Assembly (NCBI GenBank): GCA_030753015.1
Contig: JASMDC010000049.1
Coordinates: 1-26,159, forward strand
Length of the DNA: 26,159 nucleotides
Origin: Candidatus Undinarchaeales archaeon
GTDB lineage: Archaea; SpSt-1190; JASMDC01
Direction of reading: 5' to 3'
In this document: positions 17,108 to 25,277 of the stretch, one piece after another
Layout of the letters: every line of letters begins with the position of its first letter
Numbering within the stretch: position 1 is the stretch's first letter
Notes under the pieces: model-generated
What the model was told of the DNA's origin: nothing
What the model saw: the letters and a program-made list of their open reading frames with translations, nothing else
Database searches by the model: none
Position numbers and translations under genes: made by a program

Positions 17108-17210
17108 CCATCCTGCGGACACATCTTCACAGGCTCTGCAGGTGCCCGCTCCCGTGCGTCGTCGGTAGTCGATCCTCGGTGTATCGGAGTGCCGATGCGT
17201 GTGAACTGAT
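17108..17210 (-). pseudogene. Degenerate ferredoxin gene remnant; diverged direct repeat of 13635-13708
   Basis: 17138-17210 aligns with 13635-13708 (~80% by hand). It encodes PRIDYRRRTGAGTC (Cys to Arg, ATG lost), then frameshifts into VKMCPQD. Confidence 0.8.
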
Positions 17211-17267
17211 GGAATGCCCCCGGGCCGTAAAGTAGGATATTTATCGATTGTTCCTTTAGCATACTGC

Positions 17268-17492
17268 ATGGCCAAGTGCGATCAAGAACTCGCCATGTTC
17301 CTCAACGATGCCCTTCTCGTGGAGGACCTGGAGCTGGCCGTCAAGATCAGCAACCTCATCGAGCGTGTCACGCTCTCCCCTATCGAGAAAGGATCGAAGA
17401 TGGAGATGCTCACCCGGCTCAACTCCCTCCTGTACGAGACGCACGCCCACTCCCTGATCTTCTCCAAGGCCCTGAAGGAGGTGTTGAGCTGA
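17268..17492 (+). CDS. Small ferritin-like two-helix protein
   Basis: 74 aa, helical. ALLVED...LLYETHAH resembles one half of a ferritin/rubrerythrin bundle. TGATG-coupled to the next gene. Confidence 0.55.
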   Translation: MAKCDQELAMFLNDALLVEDLELAVKISNLIERVTLSPIEKGSKMEMLTRLNSLLYETHAHSLIFSKALKEVLS

Positions 17493-18244
17493 TGGCGGAC
17501 GACCTTCGTGACCATCTCATCAAGGAGTTCACGGCGCTCAAGGACATCGAGCGCCAGGCCCACGACTACTACACAGACCACCTCGACCTGATCAAGGACA
17601 AGAAGCTCAGGGGGGTCGTGTCCGACATCGCCCAGGAAGAGCTTCATCACGAGTCCATCGCAGGAGAGCTCATCAAGCTGGCCAAGTCGCTCCCTGCGGG
17701 CGAGGCCACAGCGGACGTCGAAGGGGCGGGTGAGGCTATGACCGCCATCGAGGAGGCCACTGAGGACCTTGATAGCCCGCTCACGCTCCTCGTCCAGACA
17801 AGTCTCGAGAACTACCCCCGGACATGCCAGGCGCTCATCACGTACTTCAGACGTCAGGACAGACCTGTCCGGTACGTGTCGGTGAACAAGCCAGCCTCCA
17901 AACTCAAGCGCATTCTAAAGAAGCGCGGGGCCGAGGTCGACGACGTGTCCTTCATCGATCCGGTCACATCGACGAGCGGAATAATGTTGGACCCCAAGAA
18001 CCTCACCACTCTGTCCGTGCTGTTCACGCGCAACTCCGGAGAGGACATGGTCGTCATCGTCGATTCGCTCTCGGTGTTGTCTGTGTACCACTCAAAGGAC
18101 ATCCTACAGCGGTTCGTCCACTCCACGACCATGGGCGCGAAGATGAGGGGCGTCGACCTGGTGTTCCTCACCATGGACGCAGAATCGGACATCGGTAACG
18201 ATCCGAGCTTCGAAGCGTTCTTCGATGATGTCGCGAAGGTCTAG
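17492..18244 (+). CDS. Ferritin-like half domain fused to degenerate KaiC/RecA-like ATPase domain
   Basis: IERQAHDYY...IAQEELHH di-iron half motif. C-terminal YVSVNKP...FIDP...VIVDSLSVL (Walker-B-like) with no Walker A. Confidence 0.75.
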   Translation: MADDLRDHLIKEFTALKDIERQAHDYYTDHLDLIKDKKLRGVVSDIAQEELHHESIAGELIKLAKSLPAGEATADVEGAGEAMTAIEEATEDLDSPLTLLVQTSLENYPRTCQALITYFRRQDRPVRYVSVNKPASKLKRILKKRGAEVDDVSFIDPVTSTSGIMLDPKNLTTLSVLFTRNSGEDMVVIVDSLSVLSVYHSKDILQRFVHSTTMGAKMRGVDLVFLTMDAESDIGNDPSFEAFFDDVAKV

Positions 18245-19590
18245 CCGAGCGCCTTCAGGTTCCCGCTGGCCGCCTCGTTCTTCGGATCTATGGTGATGGC
18301 CTTCTGGAAGCACTCACGGGCCCGGGCAGTGTCACCTGAGACCTGGTAGACAGCGCCGAGGTTGTTCCAGATCATGGAGGCGTTCGGATCGGCTTCCAGC
18401 GCCTTCTTGTAGCATTCGATCTCCTTTGCATGGTCGCCAGCGTCGCCCCAAGCGGCGCCGAGGTTGTTCCAGGCGGCAGCGTACCCGGGATCGAGCTCTA
18501 TTGCCTTGCGGTAGCACTCCATGGCCTTGGCGGCTACACCCGAGAGGGCGTATACAGAGCCGAGGTTGTTCCAGGCCGGCGGGAAGTGATGAGCTATCTC
18601 GATGGTCCGCTCGAAGCACTTCTGCGCCTTCGAGAGGTCCATGCGGTCCTTGTACAGCACACCGAGGTTGTTCCATGCCAGTGCGTCCCGGGGGTCCATG
18701 GCCAGGGCCCGCTGGAAGCAGTGCTCGGCCTTGGCCGCGATGCCCGCCCGCTCGTAGGCGGTCCCGAGCACGGTCCAGGCCTGCGGGAGGCCGGCGTTGA
18801 CGGACAGGGCCTGGGAGGCGCACTCGATGGCGGCCATGTGGTTGCCCGTCAGGTTGAGGAGCACGTCGGCCAGCATCACCGCCGCCTCGGCGAGCCGCGG
18901 ATCCCGCTCCAGCGCCCTGGTGTAGAGCGACCGGGCACCGGAGAGGTCGCCCTGGAGGTACCGCACGTTGCCCAGCCTTAGGAGGGCGGCCGGTTTCAGG
19001 TTGAGGGTGTCCAGCATCTTCTCAGCGGCCTTGACCGTCCGCCGGTCCTCGGGCGAGAGCTCCACCCGGTCCGTGGCCGATACCAAGACGGGGACGCGCA
19101 GTCGCATGATGGAGCTTTCCATGGAGCGCGACTGCGACTCCTCCACGGCCAGCCCGTCCAGCTTCACGCTGGTGCCGCTGATGAGCAGCTGTGCCTCGTC
19201 GTCAGAGACATCGCCCAGTGTCCGCATCGATTCCTTGTAGAGGACGCCCACCTTCATCCGCAGGTCCTCCTCCAGACGGGAGCTGAGATACTCGTGACGG
19301 TTCCGCATATGGTTTGTGAGCCCCACTCGCGACTGCGGGGACAACAATAGGTCCTTCTTGGCGCGTGATATAGCGGCGCCGGCTACGGCCTCTGCTGCAT
19401 GCGGGTCCAGGCCTGCGGCCACCATCTCGTTGATGAGCGCGGTCCGGTGGCCCTGGGCGAGATCGGTGAGGAGCATCTTCTCGCACAGGTTGATGATGAC
19501 TCGGACCGTGATGGCCGGAGGCTTGTACTCCAGCACCGACAGGGTGCCCGCGCACAGGCCGAGGTTGAGGATGAACACTCCGAGGTCCAT
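18241..19590 (-). CDS. Tetratricopeptide repeat protein
   Basis: Multiple 34-aa AWNNLG...A..C(F/Y).(R/K)A repeats. Start moved to ATG 19590 to avoid overlap with the aminopeptidase and to match the TATA spacing. Confidence 0.9.
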   Translation of the reverse strand: MDLGVFILNLGLCAGTLSVLEYKPPAITVRVIINLCEKMLLTDLAQGHRTALINEMVAAGLDPHAAEAVAGAAISRAKKDLLLSPQSRVGLTNHMRNRHEYLSSRLEEDLRMKVGVLYKESMRTLGDVSDDEAQLLISGTSVKLDGLAVEESQSRSMESSIMRLRVPVLVSATDRVELSPEDRRTVKAAEKMLDTLNLKPAALLRLGNVRYLQGDLSGARSLYTRALERDPRLAEAAVMLADVLLNLTGNHMAAIECASQALSVNAGLPQAWTVLGTAYERAGIAAKAEHCFQRALAMDPRDALAWNNLGVLYKDRMDLSKAQKCFERTIEIAHHFPPAWNNLGSVYALSGVAAKAMECYRKAIELDPGYAAAWNNLGAAWGDAGDHAKEIECYKKALEADPNASMIWNNLGAVYQVSGDTARARECFQKAITIDPKNEAASGNLKALG

Positions 19591-19607
19591 TGGGCTTACG
19601 GGAACGC

Positions 19608-19628
19608 GCCCGTCAAACCTTATAAATC
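19608..19628. promoter_or_regulatory. Shared TATA element between divergent genes
   Basis: cttataaat at 19619-19627 lies 28 nt from ATG 19590 (-) and 21 nt from ATG 19649 (+). Confidence 0.6.
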
Positions 19629-19648
19629 CTCCACGGTCATCGACAATC

Positions 19649-20713
19649 ATGGGTTCGGACGAGGAAGAGAGCGACATCCTCGACGCCGTGCGCGCCCTGC
19701 TGGACGTGAACCTGGGCGTGCGTGAGGGCGAGTCAGTGCTCGTGGTCACCGACGAGCTCGTCCCGGGAGTGGGGGCGGACCGATCCGCGGAGCTCGTCCG
19801 GGACATCGCCGCTCGCCGCGAGCTTGCCAAAGAGGTGGCGCGGTGCGCCAAGGTCGTGCTCGGGCCTGGGAGGGTGTCCTTCCTCGCGTACCCGGCCCCG
19901 CGCTCCCACGGCTCCGAACCCTCCGCAGAAGCGGTACGTGCCATGGCCGCCGCCGACGTTGTCATCGCCATCACCACATTCTCCATCACCCACACGCGCG
20001 GTCGTGAGGAGGCGTGCGATGCGGGAACCAGGGTGGCATCGATGCCCAGGTTCGAGCGCGGGATGTTCGAGCCCGGGGGTGCTATGTCCGCCGACTATCG
20101 TGCTGTGGGCGAGCGGAGCGAACGCCTGGCCGAGGCCCTTGAAAGCGCGAAGGAGATTCGCATCACAGCACCGGCCGGCACCGACCTGGTGATGAGTGTC
20201 GAGGGCAGGGAGTTCCTCCTGGACACGGGCTCCATCACCGCTCCCGGCGAGATGGGCAATCTCCCCGGCGGCGAGGTGTTCTGCGCGCCCGTGGAGGGTA
20301 CCGCCCGCGGTAGGTTGGTCATCCCGGTCGGCTGGCACGAGGGCCTTGACGGACCCCTCACGCTCGTCATCGCCGACGGCCTCGTGAAGGAGGTCGACGG
20401 GACCGGCCATGCCGTGGATGAGATACGCTCGTTACTTGGCGTCGGTTCGGTCTGCCTCGATCCCGCGAAGGCCGCTGCCCGGCGCAACATCGCCGAGCTG
20501 GGTATCGGGACCAATCCGAACGCACACCGCCCGGACAACGTGCTAGAGTCCGAGAAGATACTGGGCACGGTGCACGTGGCCTTCGGTGACAACTCGCATT
20601 TCGGCGGCTCCGTGGAGGCAGACCTGCATCAGGACCTGGTGATCCCAGAACCGACCATCGACGTGGATGGTCGAATCATCATGGAGCAGGGTAGGCTCCA
20701 GCTCGAGAGGTGA
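19649..20713 (+). CDS. Aminopeptidase (M29 / thermophilic metalloprotease family)
   Basis: HGSEP, SITHT, GNLPGGEVFCAP, NIAELGIGTNP, ESEKILGTVHVAFGDN and HQD motifs. Confidence 0.9.
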   Translation: MGSDEEESDILDAVRALLDVNLGVREGESVLVVTDELVPGVGADRSAELVRDIAARRELAKEVARCAKVVLGPGRVSFLAYPAPRSHGSEPSAEAVRAMAAADVVIAITTFSITHTRGREEACDAGTRVASMPRFERGMFEPGGAMSADYRAVGERSERLAEALESAKEIRITAPAGTDLVMSVEGREFLLDTGSITAPGEMGNLPGGEVFCAPVEGTARGRLVIPVGWHEGLDGPLTLVIADGLVKEVDGTGHAVDEIRSLLGVGSVCLDPAKAAARRNIAELGIGTNPNAHRPDNVLESEKILGTVHVAFGDNSHFGGSVEADLHQDLVIPEPTIDVDGRIIMEQGRLQLER

Positions 20714-20719
20714 GCATCA

Positions 20720-21703
20720 GTGGCATCTGACGCCGACCTGTGCACCCCGCGCAACATGCTCATGGACCGGGCAGGGCGTGCGTTCGCAGTGGTGGGACAG
20801 TTCCACCTCGAGGACGCATCGGTGGCCTCTCTGCGGTACGTCACCTGCGGCGATCGGCTCGTGAAGGCGGGACCTGCCGACATCGCACGACTCCACGAAT
20901 GCGAGCCAGCGTACCGGCTGCCGGCGGGCGACACTGTCCACACCATCGTCCCCCACGACCGAGTGGTACGGACGCTCGACCAGTTCGCCGGTGTCGGGGA
21001 CCTGGACGAGGACGAGCGATCGCTCATCGACACGCTCGCAAGGGAGGCAGGAGTACGTATAGGCGTCACCGGCTCCTCGCTCCTCGGGACCGCACGATCG
21101 GGCTCGGACCTCGACCTCACCGCGGCTGCGTGTGACCATCCCCGTCTGCTCGCAACCGCCCGCATCCTGGCAGAGCGGGGGGACGTGCTCAGTCCACTGA
21201 CGGACACCGACTGGCGTTCTGTGTACGACAAGCGCGGGATCTATGCGGACCACTACCCGTTCAAGCTCTTCCTCGCTCATGAGCGACGGAAGGGCGACCG
21301 TTGGATGGCCGGACCCCGACGTATCGATCTTCTGCCCACGCCCCTCTCACGGACCGTCGGTCCCGAGGACCTAGCCGTGTACAGGCTGGGCCATGCAAGG
21401 GTCTCTGGTAAGGTGGCCGATGGTTCGGCACCCTACGGACATCCTGCCATCTATCTGCTGGAGGACGGTCTGGCCGACCTCAAGGACGGTCGCGAGTCCA
21501 CGGTGGAGGCCGTCGTCTGCTTCACCCACACGTATGCTGCCCAAGCCTTCCCGGGGGAGCATGTTCGTGCCTCGGGCGTCCTTGAACGGTACGGTACGAC
21601 GGCTGCGGGTTTCGAGGGACCTGTCCTGATCGTGGGCACCGCCCGGGACGAGAAGGGGGAATGGCTCGTCTCCCGGGAGCTCGCGGGCCGCACGGTTTTA
21701 TAA
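20720..21703 (+). CDS. Predicted archaeal nucleotidyltransferase (COG1665-like)
   Basis: IGVTGSSLLG...SDLDL Pol-beta motif. C-terminal VVCFTHTYAAQAFPGE.V.ASG.LE segment. Confidence 0.78.
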   Translation: MASDADLCTPRNMLMDRAGRAFAVVGQFHLEDASVASLRYVTCGDRLVKAGPADIARLHECEPAYRLPAGDTVHTIVPHDRVVRTLDQFAGVGDLDEDERSLIDTLAREAGVRIGVTGSSLLGTARSGSDLDLTAAACDHPRLLATARILAERGDVLSPLTDTDWRSVYDKRGIYADHYPFKLFLAHERRKGDRWMAGPRRIDLLPTPLSRTVGPEDLAVYRLGHARVSGKVADGSAPYGHPAIYLLEDGLADLKDGRESTVEAVVCFTHTYAAQAFPGEHVRASGVLERYGTTAAGFEGPVLIVGTARDEKGEWLVSRELAGRTVL

Positions 21704-21729
21704 ACGAACAACGCACGTGTAGTTACTGA

Positions 21730-21756
21730 CCCCCTTTCCTCCTTTCTTTTCTTTTT
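21730..21756 (+). terminator. Pyrimidine/T-rich tract, probable archaeal terminator
   Basis: 27-nt purine-free tract 26 nt after the stop of the aminopeptidase-NTase pair. Confidence 0.5.
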
Positions 21757-21822
21757 ACGCTCAGCAGGCCGTCCTCCGCGGCCCGTGCACCTTTATAAGC
21801 GATGACAAACCTACTTCCGGGT

Positions 21823-22104
21823 ATGGACACGGACCCGGCCCTCCTGCTCAATCTGGGGCTGGGCGTGCTTGCCCTCATCATGAGCGCCAAGCTCGCCTTC
21901 AAGCTCAAGCCCGACATCATCGGTACGGCATGGAAGAGCTCTGTCATGGTGTCCGTGCTCTACGTAATCCTCAAAGGAGGTCAGGTCGTGGGTGATGCAC
22001 CCACCCAGATCGTGGAAGTGCTCCTGGCATTGACGGTGTGCGCGTCGCTGATATTCCATAACAAGGTACTTGCGGGGGTGGGGTCCGATGGAGGGTCTGT
22101 CTGA
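21823..22104 (+). CDS. Small 3-TM membrane protein
   Basis: Three hydrophobic helices. TTTATAAG 23 nt upstream favours a leaderless start at 21823. Confidence 0.65.
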   Translation: MDTDPALLLNLGLGVLALIMSAKLAFKLKPDIIGTAWKSSVMVSVLYVILKGGQVVGDAPTQIVEVLLALTVCASLIFHNKVLAGVGSDGGSV

Positions 22105-22372
22105 GGCATCCTACGCGCTCATGGCCCTCGCGGGCCTGGGTGCCGCCTCCCTGCTCATCTTCCACAAGGACGAGGAGATGGACAAGTCCCAGCGATACTA
22201 TTTCATCGCTCTCATCGCCCTGGCCGTCGCCTCGGGACTGCGTCTAGCCGGACCGTCGGTGCTCCCCTTCGTGGAGCCCTTCGAGGCGGTTTTCGCGCTG
22301 TTCCTGGGTGTGTCCATCTACGTGCAGAAGGACAGCACGCCCGACGCGTCGTCAAGAAAGGAGGACGAGTAG
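22088..22372 (+). CDS. Small 3-TM membrane protein
   Basis: Three hydrophobic helices; overlaps the upstream gene by 17 nt. Confidence 0.65.
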   Translation: MEGLSEASYALMALAGLGAASLLIFHKDEEMDKSQRYYFIALIALAVASGLRLAGPSVLPFVEPFEAVFALFLGVSIYVQKDSTPDASSRKEDE

Positions 22373-22373
22373 A

Positions 22374-22601
22374 ATGATGCCGCATCCTGACGAAGAAACA
22401 CTGCTTACAGCACCCACATCGCTCCATGAAGCTGACGAGGCCCTCATAGACACGTTCCTCGACTACCGTGGCGCTTATGGGCCCGAGATCGGAGCGAGCG
22501 GGATGTCGGGAAGCGAGCGGTGGGACCACTCCAAGGAGCATGCCATCGCCGACCTGTGGAGCGACGAGGGCGTCAACGACTTCCGGCCGACCATCATCTG
22601 A
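22374..22601 (+). CDS. Small acidic hypothetical protein
   Basis: 75 aa, ATG 1 nt after the upstream stop, GGAGG upstream. Confidence 0.5.
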   Translation: MMPHPDEETLLTAPTSLHEADEALIDTFLDYRGAYGPEIGASGMSGSERWDHSKEHAIADLWSDEGVNDFRPTII

Positions 22602-22673
22602 TCTGACGGCGAGGACTTCATGTCCTACCCCGCCAGCAGCTGCCATTACTGATTGATGGGCCTCATCGACCGT

Positions 22674-23270
22674 TCATCGCGGCCAGGTCCACACGTTAAT
22701 CTCCTGCCAGCGTGCCCCCTGCTGCTTCAACACGCCAATGATCCGTGGCGCCTTCTCGGTATCCACCAGAAGGACGCTGTCCGCGACCTTCTCCACGCCC
22801 TCCTCTTCGGCTACACCGCGTGCCCTTGAGACGTATTCTTTGCCTTTCCGGGTGGAACGTGACACTCCTCCATAGAGCGCTCTGCGTATCCTCATCTTGT
22901 CGGATTGTGCAAGACCGCTCATGTCGTACGCGATGAGTACCTTCGGGGCCAGAGCGACATCGTCCGAGGTGACGTTTACGGGCCTCCCATGAAGAAGAAG
23001 GCCCTCGCTTGCCAGCGCACCGGCCAGGGTCGGCTCCTCGGTGAGCCGGGAGAGCGTCAGATGTGTGAGCTGGACCTTCTCGTCCTTGATCGACTCGAGC
23101 TCGGCCTCGGTCCCCGGATTCCTTTTTGCGTACACGACCGCTACGTCTACATCGGAAGTAGGTGTGTCCTCCCCCCGAGCGACCGACCCGAAGAGCACGA
23201 CCTGAAGCACGTCTGGAAAGTCGCGAGCTCGATGTGCGAACGAGATGGCCCGCCGTAGGTTCCCTCTCAC
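22674..23270 (-). CDS. Minimal nucleotidyltransferase (MNT) with C-terminal Cas2/VapD-like domain
   Basis: VVLFGSVARGEDTPTSDVDVAV MNT motif. C-terminal VLIAYDMS...RIRRALYG...VADSVLLV. GTGA overlap with the HEPN gene. Confidence 0.85.
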   Translation of the reverse strand: MRGNLRRAISFAHRARDFPDVLQVVLFGSVARGEDTPTSDVDVAVVYAKRNPGTEAELESIKDEKVQLTHLTLSRLTEEPTLAGALASEGLLLHGRPVNVTSDDVALAPKVLIAYDMSGLAQSDKMRIRRALYGGVSRSTRKGKEYVSRARGVAEEEGVEKVADSVLLVDTEKAPRIIGVLKQQGARWQEINVWTWPR

Positions 23271-23641
23271 GAGGTCTCACCCTCCGTGCAGAGCCCGATG
23301 ATCAGATGTGCGATCTCCCGGGCGACCTTGGCGGACCCGCCGTTCCTGCCTGTCCCATAGACATGGAGCGGTCTCATGCGCTCGATCCGGTCGAGGAGGT
23401 CCGCGACCTCGGCGCTCTTCTCCCCGAGCCGCTCCCAACGACGGAGCTCACCGGGGAGCCGGTTATGCTTGATGTCCTGGCTGACCTTCAACGTACCGCG
23501 CACGTGCATCCCGAGGTTAGCTGCGTGGGAACAGACGAGCACGCACACCTCGATGACCGTCTCGTGGTCCTCTTCATCATCGAGCTTGTCGAGGGTTCTG
23601 AGCATGCGCTCGATCTTCTGACGGTGCATGTCCACACGCAT
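23267..23641 (-). CDS. HEPN-domain protein (putative toxin)
   Basis: 124-aa all-helical protein with KHNRL and ERMRPLHVYG (R-x4-Y variant), coupled to the MNT gene. Confidence 0.65.
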   Translation of the reverse strand: MRVDMHRQKIERMLRTLDKLDDEEDHETVIEVCVLVCSHAANLGMHVRGTLKVSQDIKHNRLPGELRRWERLGEKSAEVADLLDRIERMRPLHVYGTGRNGGSAKVAREIAHLIIGLCTEGETS

Positions 23642-23757
23642 AGTTATTGATAAGACAGAATTAGAATATTAACTTTTCTGTTATATGTATATACCGCAGG
23701 TTATAATTATCTATATAACGAAATCTAATTTCTGTTTATTTCGTTATATTTATTTCA
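23642..23757. promoter_or_regulatory. AT-rich promoter/operator region with inverted repeats
   Basis: Perfect 12-bp IR ATATAACGAAAT (23713-23724) / ATTTCGTTATAT (23738-23749). Related half-site TTTCTGTTATAT at 23675-23686. Confidence 0.7.
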
Positions 23758-23762
23758 CACCC

Positions 23763-25277
23763 TCACCCCGCCAGCAGCTGCCAGCACTTCTCCGTGGCCT
23801 CGAGGCGCTTGGTGGCGCCGTCCTCGACCTCCACGAGATAGCCGAGCCTGATGAGCTCGCGGATGCGCTTTCGTGCCGTGGGCTTGCTGATGGCAAGCTC
23901 CCGGTCCACGTCCGAGTAGGAGGGTCGCTCCCCGTCGAGCCCGGTACGGTACACGTACCGCACGATGGCCAGCAGCTCCTCCGAGATCCCGCCGAGCTCG
24001 CGTGCGTCCACCTGCTCGCATTCCTTCTCCAAGCGGCGTAGCGCGCGCTCGTCCAGGTCCGACGGATCGACGCCAAGGACGATGACATGACCGCCCACAT
24101 AGGCCATCTCCCGCAGGTGCTGCACGAAGGAAAGCGTGGCCTCCAGCCCGTTCTTGAACAGGATGTAGTCGAGCCGGTCGATGAGGACGGCGCTGTGCCG
24201 TGGCAAACCGCCTATGCGGCGCTCGAGCGCGGTCAGCCGCGGCGGCACTCCCCGCTCGCCACCATGCTCGGCCAGCCAGACATAATCGTACTCGCCTTCG
24301 AGGTCCTTGCGGAACGCCTCCTCGGTCGTGCACGAGATGACCGTCCCGTCGTAGCCCGTGGTAAGGAGGTCCTTGAACGCTTCGACGTAGTGGCGGTGGG
24401 TGCGGCCTTTCATAAGATAGACCTGCCCCTCATCGAGGAGATAGCGCATCAGCCTGCGGCGCAGTAAGCGCTCGGCCTCACGTCGCTCGGTGACGTCCTC
24501 GAGCGACAGCAGGACACGCTCACCATGGCCGGGCCGTCGCTGGAGCCGGCGTGCGCTCAGCAGCATCGTCCGCGTCCCGGCCCCAGGGAGCTCGCACCCC
24601 ATCTCGGCCCCGTCGACCGGCTGGCCCTTCTGCAGGACGTCCTCGAGCAGGCGCCGCAGTCGCCACACGTCCCACTGCCCGCCGCCCAGCCCGTAGAGCG
24701 GGCGTCCCTCGGTGCGCTTTCCCGTGGTACGGAAGGTACGATAGAACGCTCGGTTGGCCGAGAGCACCTTGAGCCCGTCGTCCAGCACCACGAGCGGTAC
24801 GGGGACTGTCTCGACGATGTTCACCGCGAATTCCTGGAGCTGCTGCTCGGCCTGCTCGAGCTGGCGACGCGCGGTGACATCGACCATGAACTCGATCACG
24901 TGGGTGACCGCGCCCTTCTGGTCGTGGACGGGATAGACGTGAATCTCCGTTGTCAGCGGTTGTCCCTCGGCGTCCTTGTGTACGTGGTCGACCGTTACGG
25001 CATTGCCCGTCCGCACCACCTCGTCGAGCGGGCAGGGCTCGTCATCGCCCGTGCACGGGATGTCCCGCTCGTGGGTGAGCTCGTGGCACGTGATACCCTC
25101 TCTGAACTCACCGCTCGGGCCAGCGGTGTTGGCGGCGACCACTTGGTGCGTACGGGCGTCTATTACCATGAACGTGTGCGGGTGGTGGTCGAGGAACGAG
25201 CGGAGCACACGCTCGCCCAGCGTTCCGTCGCTCCCGACATGCTTGCCACCGGCCATGAGGGTGCTTTTTTTCACCAT
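23763..25277 (-). CDS. PAS-PAS-DUF835-wHTH one-component regulator
   Basis: PAS1 with TCHELTH...PC...PCP. PAS2 IVETVPVPLVVLD...ANRAFYRTF...GQWD. DUF835-like VLIDRLDYILFKNG. wHTH SYSDVDRELAISKPTARKRIRELIRLGYL. Confidence 0.85.
   Translation of the reverse strand: MVKKSTLMAGGKHVGSDGTLGERVLRSFLDHHPHTFMVIDARTHQVVAANTAGPSGEFREGITCHELTHERDIPCTGDDEPCPLDEVVRTGNAVTVDHVHKDAEGQPLTTEIHVYPVHDQKGAVTHVIEFMVDVTARRQLEQAEQQLQEFAVNIVETVPVPLVVLDDGLKVLSANRAFYRTFRTTGKRTEGRPLYGLGGGQWDVWRLRRLLEDVLQKGQPVDGAEMGCELPGAGTRTMLLSARRLQRRPGHGERVLLSLEDVTERREAERLLRRRLMRYLLDEGQVYLMKGRTHRHYVEAFKDLLTTGYDGTVISCTTEEAFRKDLEGEYDYVWLAEHGGERGVPPRLTALERRIGGLPRHSAVLIDRLDYILFKNGLEATLSFVQHLREMAYVGGHVIVLGVDPSDLDERALRRLEKECEQVDARELGGISEELLAIVRYVYRTGLDGERPSYSDVDRELAISKPTARKRIRELIRLGYLVEVEDGATKRLEATEKCWQLLAG

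Noticed and set aside
19316-19995. Long mutual overlap of the TPR and aminopeptidase ORFs in the track
   Set aside because: Resolved by starts at 19590 (-) and 19649 (+) around a shared TATA box.
21723-21777. Tiny basic peptide LLSVKRKERRKGGQ behind GGAGG on the minus strand
   Set aside because: No canonical start; more simply the complement of the T-rich terminator tract.
22374-22601. RiPP precursor interpretation of the acidic peptide
   Set aside because: No modifying enzyme or recognisable leader/core pattern nearby.
22674-22950. CRISPR-Cas locus suggested by the Cas2-like domain
   Set aside because: No repeat-spacer array, cas1 or effector genes in the window.
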